Origin: Fibrobacteria bacterium
Lineage (GTDB): Bacteria; Fibrobacterota; Fibrobacteria; UBA11236
Direction: 5' to 3'
DNA length: 14,693 nucleotides
NCBI GenBank assembly: GCA_041746255.1
Contig: JBGTHM010000069.1
Location: forward strand, 1 to 14,693
Below, in pieces: positions 8,406 to 14,693 of the stretch (the stretch's first letter is position 1; each line of letters opens with the position of its first letter). Below the pieces are notes generated by a model, which worked only from the letters and a program-made list of their open reading frames with translations, did no database searches and was not told the origin of the DNA. A program made the position numbers and the translations under genes.

Positions 8406-9321
8406 TTAAATTCCTTGTCCGCACATCTTTGAGTATGAAATCCGGATCGGCACTTTCCAGCCAGGTGATGGGAATACCGCGCCGCTCCATCCCTTTAAAG
8501 TAGGTTTCCTGCCGTTTCGCCAAACGGTGAATCTCGGTTTCCAAGTCGCTGACCATATCGGCATAGGGCTTATTCCCTTGCAAATAGGCGGCGATTTCAC
8601 GGAACTCCATACCCAACATGTCAAGCCGGCTTCTATCAATGCCTCTGTTCAACAAGGTTTTCACTTCTTCAAGCATTCCCTGTTCCAACCGCTCCTGTAG
8701 CCGGGCGGTAATCCGCCGTCGCAATTCTTCGCGGGGGGGAACCAAGCCATAAACGCGGGAAGTAAAGCCGACCGAAGGAGGTTCGCTGTATTCCACGGGT
8801 GCCGTAAGGCTGTGGCGATGGATTTCCAGCGCCCGAATAACGCGCTTTTTACTGGAAGTATCCGTACGCGCGAACAGCTCCGGGTCGGCTAAGCGGAGTT
8901 GATCTATGAGATCGGCGTGGAGGTGGGTTTCCAGGCTCTTACGCAATGCCTTATCTTCGGGTACATTGGCGATGCGGTAGCGTTTTAAAACCGCTTCGAG
9001 ATAGAGGCCCGTGCCACCGCATACCACCAGATAGGGCGCCGCGCCTTCCGCGGCTTTTTGTTCCAATACCCGGTAGAAGGCATTTTGGAATTGGTAAAGG
9101 GAAAAGACATCGCCGGGATCAGCGATGTCCAGCAAATGGGCGCGCACCTCCGGAGGCGAACGGTACAAGTGCATGTCCTTGCCCGAACCGAGATCGAGGC
9201 CACGGTAGAGTTGCCGGGAATCAACCGAAACCAGATCTACTCCCAAACCGCGCGCCACGTCAGCGGCCAGTTTGGATTTTCCTCCGGCCGTGGGTCCGCA
9301 AATGACTATGAGTTGGATGAT
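8398..9321 (-). CDS. miaA: tRNA dimethylallyltransferase (MiaA/IPT family); start codon unresolved
   Basis: SVDSRQLYRGLD, GGTGLY, RVIRALEI and AKRQETYF motifs. The frame stays open upstream of the track's GTG 9258, reading IIQLIVICGPTAGGKSKLA (P-loop), up to an in-frame TAA at 9324-9322. 9321 is the limit of the open frame, not a proven start. Confidence 0.88.
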   Translation of the reverse strand: MIQLIVICGPTAGGKSKLAADVARGLGVDLVSVDSRQLYRGLDLGSGKDMHLYRSPPEVRAHLLDIADPGDVFSLYQFQNAFYRVLEQKAAEGAAPYLVVCGGTGLYLEAVLKRYRIANVPEDKALRKSLETHLHADLIDQLRLADPELFARTDTSSKKRVIRALEIHRHSLTAPVEYSEPPSVGFTSRVYGLVPPREELRRRITARLQERLEQGMLEEVKTLLNRGIDRSRLDMLGMEFREIAAYLQGNKPYADMVSDLETEIHRLAKRQETYFKGMERRGIPITWLESADPDFILKDVRTRNLND

Positions 9322-10574
9322 TTACCCCGGTGCAATTTGAACATGCGATCGAATTCACTGCGTAAATCCTGTATGCCTTTTTCGCTGTCGGATATAAAGG
9401 CGATGCTGATACGCTTTGGCAGGGTGGCTTTACCGTCCTTGGTTAGCCATAACGGAGAAGCCGCCAGAATTCCCACGCCGGTTTCCGGAGTATAGGCCAA
9501 GTTGCTGAGCTTGATGGCGAAGTCCTGGTAATCCTTCGGTGGATGGAAACGCTTGGAGGCCCGCCACTCCCAGCGGAGGTAGCGGTTGGAATACCGATGA
9601 TTGAGGTATTGCGCCAAACGCCTCGCCGGCAGGGTCATGGAGTTTCGTGCGTTGATGTCCACCAGGGGGCGCAGTGAGGGTGGATTTTCTTCTTGGCTTG
9701 TAACTGGATTTCGGACGCTGTCTTCCTCTTGGATTTGAAATTGATAAGCATCCAGGTTGACCGGACCGAAATAACCTTCTTGATGCAAGGCAGTCGCAGC
9801 GAAGGACGCCGCGAGGCGCAATTCCTGTACCTCATCACCTAGTTGCAGTTCGGGAAATATGGCGCACCCGATAAAGACACCCAGAGAATTATTGAGTAAC
9901 TCATGCACACCGTAATCCCTCATTTCACCTTCGGGTGTAAGCTGGAAAGTAATGCCGAAGTCGCGCAAACGTTGGTGCCGGGGCTCTACCAATATTCCCC
10001 CCGTTTGCTCCAGAATTCTGCGCAGCACGGTTTCATCTTGGGGTGCGAGAGGTGGAGCCGAAAAAAACCAATTGGCCAAACCGGCATTGCCGAAATCGCC
10101 CTTGGCCACCCAGGGGCCCGGTACCAGAGCCTTTATGAATGATTGTAATTCATTCCATTTCCGGAAAACCATACCGTATGGAGTTTGGGCATAGGCCTGT
10201 TCCACTGCCGCTCCAAAAGTCCGGCTATTGACTCGGGTTACCGTTTCAAGTTCGGGATGGAGCGAAGGTTGATAATATGCTTGGTTCAAGGTAAAGGCGT
10301 GGCGATTCCACCCAAAGGGAGTGAAAGAGGACGCTAAGTTCGGCTGGGTAACTGGAAAGGGACGGGCATGCGGAAGTTCCAGTCGGTTTAGATATTCCAA
10401 AAAACCTTCTGGAACGCCATGGTAGGCGAGCAAGGAATCGCCTGTGTCGCCGGCCAAAAGGTAATGCAGCCCCAATTCGTGCAAATGGGTTTGCGGCGCA
10501 CCGGGCATGGTCAGGATGGAGCGTCCGGTCTGACTGACGTCGAAATCGAAATTGGGGAAAAATTCGCGCGCCAT
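9306..10574 (-). CDS. Hypothetical protein with probable ATP-grasp fold
   Basis: 422 aa. WVAKGDFGNAG, ILVEP, DFGITF, GYFGPVNLDA and LVDINAR resemble the ATP-grasp lid and the D..E-x-N-x-R motifs. Confidence 0.6.
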   Translation of the reverse strand: MAREFFPNFDFDVSQTGRSILTMPGAPQTHLHELGLHYLLAGDTGDSLLAYHGVPEGFLEYLNRLELPHARPFPVTQPNLASSFTPFGWNRHAFTLNQAYYQPSLHPELETVTRVNSRTFGAAVEQAYAQTPYGMVFRKWNELQSFIKALVPGPWVAKGDFGNAGLANWFFSAPPLAPQDETVLRRILEQTGGILVEPRHQRLRDFGITFQLTPEGEMRDYGVHELLNNSLGVFIGCAIFPELQLGDEVQELRLAASFAATALHQEGYFGPVNLDAYQFQIQEEDSVRNPVTSQEENPPSLRPLVDINARNSMTLPARRLAQYLNHRYSNRYLRWEWRASKRFHPPKDYQDFAIKLSNLAYTPETGVGILAASPLWLTKDGKATLPKRISIAFISDSEKGIQDLRSEFDRMFKLHRGKSSNS

Positions 10575-10615
10575 GACATCAATACTCGAACGGGATTCCG
10601 CCGGGGCGGTAAAAA

Positions 10616-11500
10616 TTATCCGAATACCGGGGTGGAAAGATAGCGGTCTCCCCTATCACAAATGATCACAACCAACACTCCGCTCGGAAGTTTCCGCGCC
10701 ACTTCCACGGCGCAATACACGGCGCCTCCCGAGGAAATACCCGCGAAGATTCCCTCTTTGCGGGCCAGCTCCCGGGTCCAGGCTTCGGCATCGGCCTGGC
10801 TGACATCGATGATGCTATCCACGCGGGCGGGCTCGTAAATTTTAGGGAGGTATTCCTGCGGCCAGCGGCGTATGCCGGGGATGCTGGAGCCTTCCGTCGG
10901 TTGCGCTCCGATGATTTGCACGGCGGAGTTTTTTTCTTTGAGGTAGCGCGATACGCCCATAATGGTGCCGGTGGTACCCATGCTGGAAATGAAATGCGTG
11001 ACTTGGCCCTCGGTGTCGCGCCAGATTTCCGGGCCCGTGGTTTCGTAGTGGGCGGCGTAATTGTCGGGATTGGAAAATTGATCGAGCATGACGAAGCCGC
11101 CTTCGGCGACCTTGGCGCGGGCATAGTCGATAGTGCCTTCCATGCCCTTATCCTTGGGAGTCAGGTGCACGATGGCCCCGTAGGCGCGCATGGTTTTTAC
11201 GCGCTCTTCGGTGGCGTTTTCCGGCATGACCAAATGCATTTCATATCCGGCCGAGCAGGCAATCATAGCCAGGGCGATACCGGTATTCCCGCTGGTGGGC
11301 TCGATGAGCTTCATGCCCGGCTTAATATCGCCTCGGGCCGCCGCTTTGAGGATCATGGATCTGGCGGGCCTGTCCTTAACCGAGCCGCCGGGATTGTCAC
11401 CCTCCAACTTGACGAGAATACGCACCTTGGGATTGGGGTTCAGATGCGCCAACTCCACCATGGGGGTATTTCCGACGAGGTCGAGAATGCTTTTTGCCAT
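10616..11500 (-). CDS. cysM: Cysteine synthase B (O-acetylserine sulfhydrylase B)
   Basis: KLEGDNPGGSVKDR (PLP Lys), TSGNTG, DQFSNPDN, SSMGTTGT, IPGIRRWP and CDRGDRYLS. Confidence 0.96.
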   Translation of the reverse strand: MAKSILDLVGNTPMVELAHLNPNPKVRILVKLEGDNPGGSVKDRPARSMILKAAARGDIKPGMKLIEPTSGNTGIALAMIACSAGYEMHLVMPENATEERVKTMRAYGAIVHLTPKDKGMEGTIDYARAKVAEGGFVMLDQFSNPDNYAAHYETTGPEIWRDTEGQVTHFISSMGTTGTIMGVSRYLKEKNSAVQIIGAQPTEGSSIPGIRRWPQEYLPKIYEPARVDSIIDVSQADAEAWTRELARKEGIFAGISSGGAVYCAVEVARKLPSGVLVVIICDRGDRYLSTPVFG

Positions 11501-11568
11501 GGGATTAAAATAACAAATCCGGTGGATCTCCGGGCGAATCGGGAATGGGCATTGCTAAATTTGCGGCT

Positions 11569-13578
11569 ATGACGCCCAAGCACCCCGCCTCCGCCGATCG
11601 CATACTGGAATTGCAAACCCTGCTGGCCAAAGCCAATGCCGAGTATTACCAAAAGGGTCACTCGCCCATGTCGGACCCGGAATACGATCGCATGTTGAAA
11701 GAGCTGGAAGCGCTGGAAGCCCAGCATCCGGACCTGGCGGCCCCCGACTCGCCGGCCAAGCAGGTCGGCAGCGATTTGACTCCCGGCTTCAAGAAGGTTC
11801 CGCATAAATTTCCCATGCTCTCCATCGCCAACACTTATTCGGAAGAGGAATTACGCGATTGGTATCGGCAGGTGACGGACAAGATACCGGCGGAGGAAGT
11901 TGAGCTGGTGGCCGAATTGAAAATAGACGGGATTTCTTTGAGTCTAATCTATGTGGATCGGAGGCTGGTCCAGGCCGTGACGCGCGGGGACGGAACCGTA
12001 GGCGACGACATCACGGCCAACGTCAAGACTATTTCCAGCGTAACACATACGCTACCGGATTTCATGCCCGCAGGACGCGTGGAGGTGCGCGGGGAAGTCT
12101 ATATGACCCGCGAGAGCTTCGAGACTTTCAATGAATATTCCGTGCTGCATTACGGTAAGGAGCAGCAAAACCCCCGTAACACCGCCGCCGGCAGCCTCAA
12201 GCTGAAAAACCCGGAAGAAACGGCATTACGCAAGCTTGATTTTTTCGCCTTCGGTTTGTGGACGGAACCTTTTACGGGGACGCATTGGGATAACCTGGAG
12301 CATCTGGCAAAATGCGGCTTTTCCGTAAATCCCCATAAGGCCAGGCTTAAAACCATGGGTGAATTGTTGGAGGTTATCGAGGGATGGCGGCTTATCCGTG
12401 ACGAGCTTCCTTATAATATAGACGGCGTGGTAGTGAAGGTGAATGCGCTGGAGCAGCAGGTGCGCCTCGGACGCACTGCCAAGCATCCCCGTTGGGTAAT
12501 CGCCTATAAATACAAGGCCGAAGCGGTGGAAACGGTGCTGGAGTCGGTGACGTTGCAAGTGGGACGTACCGGTGCGGTTACTCCCGTGGGCCATTTACAG
12601 CCGGTGCAATTGGGCGGAACTACGGTGAAGCGGGCCACTTTGCATAATTTCGAAGAGATTGAGCGGCTGGGGCTGATGTTGGGCGATACGGTGATCGTGG
12701 AAAAGGGCGGGGAGATTATTCCTAAGGTTTTAGCCGTAGTGTCCGAGAAGCGGCCGAAATCCGCCCATCCGATACCGATACCGGTTAAATGTCCGGAATG
12801 TGAATCGGAGCTGATCAAAGCCGAAGGCGAAGTGGTTTTGCGTTGCGAAAACCTGCAATGCCCAGCCCAGGTGGAGCGGGCGATATTGCATTTCGTTTCG
12901 CGCACCGCCATGAATATCGAGAATATGGGCGTGGCTTTGGTGCGGGCGCTATTGGCCGAAGGAATTATCCGCGACGTGGCGGATCTTTATGTTTTGAAGA
13001 AGGAAAACATCGTCGGTTTGGAAAGGCAGGGTGAAAAGTCGGCGGAAAACGTATTGCGCAGTATCGAGGACAGTAAGAGTCGGGGTTTGGACCGGTTGTT
13101 GTTCGCGCTGGGAATCCGTTTTATTGGGCGGACTTCCGCGCAGGTGTTGGCGCGGGCATTCAAAGATTTGCCGACTTTGGAAAAAGCTTCGGTGGAAGAT
13201 CTCGAAGCGGTGCATGAAGTCGGGTTACGCATGGCGGAAAGCGTGCATGAGTTTTTCCGGTTGCCGCATAATGTGGACGTGTTGCGGCGGCTGGAGCTGG
13301 CCGGTGTGAAGACCTCCTATGAAGGGCCGGATGGCGAAGGGGTTTTGGCGGGCCAGACTTTTGTGCTGACGGGGACGATGGACGGCTGGACCCGGGAGGA
13401 GGCAAAGTCGTTTATTGAACAGGCGGGGGGCCGAACCAGCGAATCGGTCAGTAAGAAGACCACGTATGTGGTGGCCGGAGAGGCGGCGGGGTCGAAACTG
13501 GCGAAGGCGGAAAAGCTGGGGGTTAAGGTGATCGGGGAGGCCGAACTGCGGAGGCTGCTGGCCGGCGAGGCGGGTTGA
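11569..13578 (+). CDS. ligA: NAD-dependent DNA ligase
   Basis: ELKIDG adenylation motif, EVRGE, NPRNTAAGSL, DGVVVK, QVGRTG, Zn finger CPEC..C..C, HhH motifs and C-terminal BRCT (FVLTG..SVSKKT). Start ATG 11569 preferred over 11545. Confidence 0.97.
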   Translation: MTPKHPASADRILELQTLLAKANAEYYQKGHSPMSDPEYDRMLKELEALEAQHPDLAAPDSPAKQVGSDLTPGFKKVPHKFPMLSIANTYSEEELRDWYRQVTDKIPAEEVELVAELKIDGISLSLIYVDRRLVQAVTRGDGTVGDDITANVKTISSVTHTLPDFMPAGRVEVRGEVYMTRESFETFNEYSVLHYGKEQQNPRNTAAGSLKLKNPEETALRKLDFFAFGLWTEPFTGTHWDNLEHLAKCGFSVNPHKARLKTMGELLEVIEGWRLIRDELPYNIDGVVVKVNALEQQVRLGRTAKHPRWVIAYKYKAEAVETVLESVTLQVGRTGAVTPVGHLQPVQLGGTTVKRATLHNFEEIERLGLMLGDTVIVEKGGEIIPKVLAVVSEKRPKSAHPIPIPVKCPECESELIKAEGEVVLRCENLQCPAQVERAILHFVSRTAMNIENMGVALVRALLAEGIIRDVADLYVLKKENIVGLERQGEKSAENVLRSIEDSKSRGLDRLLFALGIRFIGRTSAQVLARAFKDLPTLEKASVEDLEAVHEVGLRMAESVHEFFRLPHNVDVLRRLELAGVKTSYEGPDGEGVLAGQTFVLTGTMDGWTREEAKSFIEQAGGRTSESVSKKTTYVVAGEAAGSKLAKAEKLGVKVIGEAELRRLLAGEAG

Positions 13579-13642
13579 CGGCGGAGGAAACGATGGGATT
13601 CTGGCGAAGGGGTGATTCCGTGGTAAAATCAAGGATTTTTGG

Positions 13643-13671
13643 TTGACGGAGGATGGGGTTCTTGATAAATT
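13643..13671 (+). promoter_or_regulatory. Sigma70-type promoter for tRNA-Gly
   Basis: TTGACG (13643-13648), 17-nt spacer, TGn-TAAATT (13666-13671), about 35 nt upstream of the tRNA. Confidence 0.65.
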
Positions 13672-13706
13672 GAACCAGCCTTGAACGAAAAATTCGAGGC
13701 GCCCAT

Positions 13707-13782
13707 GCGGGTTTAGCTCAGTTGGTAGAGCATCTCCTTGCCAAGGAGAAGGTCGAGCGTTCGAGTCGCTTAACCCGCTCCA
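13707..13782 (+). tRNA. tRNA-Gly(GCC)
   Basis: 76 nt. Acceptor stem GCGGGTT/AACCCGC. D arm GCTC/GAGC. Anticodon stem TCTCC/GGAGA with loop TTGCCAA (GCC at 13740-13742). T loop TTCGAGT. Discriminator T and encoded CCA. Confidence 0.97.
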
Positions 13783-13791
13783 AAAAGCCTC
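13736..13791 (+). repeat. Direct repeat copy 1 (tRNA-Gly 3' half; att-like)
   Basis: Matches 14368-14423 at 50/56 positions by manual alignment. Perfect 26-bp core at 13758-13783. Confidence 0.9.
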
Positions 13792-13813
13792 TCAGGAAAC
13801 TGGGGGGCTTTTT
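13783..13813 (+). terminator. Rho-independent terminator after tRNA-Gly
   Basis: AAGCCTCTCAG-GAAA-CTGGGGGGCTT hairpin (with G-U pairs) followed by a T run. Confidence 0.85.
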
Positions 13814-13866
13814 GCGTTTTTTCCTCTTTCTTTACCTTTACCCCGAATAGGTGGTATTTTTGTCCT

Positions 13867-14106
13867 ATGAGCCCGACTGTTCTCCGACATGGAAAGTACC
13901 GTTTTTTTTTCTTCAGTCGTGAAGAATCCAGGAAGCATGTACATGTCACCTCTCCCGATGGAGAAGCCAAATTTTGGCTTGAACCCGTCATAGCCTTGGC
14001 GGAATTTGAAGGTTTGAATCCAAGGCAACTGAAGCAATTACAGGAGCTTGTTCATGAAAAACGCGACGAAATTATCAAAGCGTGGAAAACCCACTTCGGC
14101 GCTTGA
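13867..14106 (+). CDS. DUF4160 family protein (putative type II toxin)
   Basis: 79 aa. MSPTVLR..YRFFFFSREESRKHVHV...GEAKFWLEP...W is the typical DUF4160 pattern. Confidence 0.85.
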   Translation: MSPTVLRHGKYRFFFFSREESRKHVHVTSPDGEAKFWLEPVIALAEFEGLNPRQLKQLQELVHEKRDEIIKAWKTHFGA

Positions 14107-14335
14107 AATAACTCACATTTCCCAGCATGGCGTATGGGTACTCATTGAAGACCATGAGTTTTTGCTTTCATATAAAGAGTTTCCCTGGTTCAAAAAAGGA
14201 ACCGTCGAACAAATTCATCACGTTGTTGCCGAAGGCAAAAATCATTTTCATTGGCCCGATTTGGACGTGGATCTGGACTTGGATAGAATCAAGGAACCTG
14301 CAAAATACCCTTTGATTGCAAAGATTTCCCGATAA
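14054..14335 (+). CDS. DUF2442 family protein (putative antitoxin)
   Basis: AGGAG SD before ATG 14054. EITHISQHGVW, LSYKEFPWF, HWPDLDVDL and PAKYPL motifs. Overlaps the DUF4160 gene, the usual arrangement for this pair. Confidence 0.85.
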   Translation: MKNATKLSKRGKPTSALEITHISQHGVWVLIEDHEFLLSYKEFPWFKKGTVEQIHHVVAEGKNHFHWPDLDVDLDLDRIKEPAKYPLIAKISR

Positions 14336-14367
14336 TAGCCGGATAGTGCTCCGCAATTTTTCCCCAA

Positions 14368-14423
14368 CCTTGCCAATAAGGAAGTCGACCGTTCGAGTCG
14401 CTTAACCCGCTCCAATAAGCCTC
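14368..14423 (+). repeat. Direct repeat copy 2: degenerate tRNA-Gly 3' fragment (att-like)
   Basis: CCTTGCCAA...CGTTCGAGTCGCTTAACCCGCTCCAA. Perfect core at 14390-14415. No 5' tRNA half, and the anticodon stem is broken. Confidence 0.9.
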
Positions 14424-14445
14424 CGGTAACACGGGGGCTTTTTTT
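14417..14445 (+). terminator. Rho-independent terminator after the tRNA fragment
   Basis: AAGCCTCCG-GTAACA-CGGGGGCTT followed by TTTTT. Confidence 0.85.
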
Positions 14446-14552
14446 GTGCTGGCAATTCAAGGAATCATTAAAATTCCGATCCGTTCCAGGGCACATCCCC
14501 AATGCTTTTGCAGTATCAAAACCACTTCCCGAAGATCCCCCATTGGAATTGA

Positions 14553-14693
14553 TGCAGAATCCGGTGAAAGTGACCGGGCGATCCGGTTCAAAGTGACCGA
14601 CAGCCACCCTTGTCATAGCCGGTCACCATGGACCGGATTTCAACCGATTAGAAGTTACTCATTGCCGGTCACTTTGGGTACGGATTTTGGGGT
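14553..14693. mobile_element. Terminus of an IS21-family-like element or MITE (truncated by window end)
   Basis: Starts TG. Direct copies of ATCCGGT..AAAGTGACC at 14559-14575 and 14581-14598. Inverted copies at 14621-14638 and 14667-14685. Multiple internal repeats of about 18 bp are characteristic of IS21 ends. No transposase in the window. Confidence 0.65.

Larger units (their letters stand above)
13783..14415. mobile_element. tRNA-Gly-integrated islet (repeat offset 632 bp) carrying the DUF4160/DUF2442 pair, no integrase
   Basis: Bounded by tRNA-3' direct repeats. Cargo is visibly more AT-rich than the flanking ligA. Confidence 0.65.

Noticed and set aside
10901..11572. 223-aa plus-strand ORF
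   Set aside because: Antisense shadow of cysM.
14368..14415. Second functional tRNA-Gly
   Set aside because: No acceptor 5' strand or D arm, and the anticodon stem is disrupted; it is only a 3' fragment.
14248..14616. 122-aa minus-strand ORF
   Set aside because: It crosses the IS-like repeats, the terminator, the tRNA fragment and the DUF2442 gene, with no recognisable motif.
14559..14693. CRISPR array
   Set aside because: Repeats are about 18 bp, in both orientations, with very short or irregular spacers and no cas genes; this fits transposon ends better.

Overview
Bacterial chromosomal window; T9SS-like C-terminal tails and TAnnTTTG-like promoters suggest an FCB-group organism, possibly Fibrobacterota (inference). 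From left to right it holds a secreted LVIVD/choice-of-anchor-B propeller protein, a convergent mbnP-mbnH(MauG-like) pair and a secreted hypothetical protein. Next come a divergent MtnN-like nucleosidase, ridA, tatD and two lipoproteins, then a minus-strand cluster (cysM, ATP-grasp-like protein, miaA, Nudix), ligA and tRNA-Gly(GCC). The tRNA is followed by a 632-bp integrase-less islet carrying only a DUF4160/DUF2442 (putative toxin-antitoxin) pair, closed by a degenerate copy of the tRNA 3' half plus a similar terminator. The window ends in an IS21-like terminal repeat array. The main points of interest are: (1) the minimal tRNA-targeted cassette; (2) miaA has no canonical start codon ahead of its P-loop (non-AUG start, frameshift/fusion with the ATP-grasp gene, or sequencing error); (3) five genes show a leaderless-type -10/ATG arrangement; (4) an MbnP lacking WxW sits next to a His-rich propeller; (5) the nucleosidase has altered catalytic motifs. 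All family assignments come from motif recognition by eye; no searches were run.
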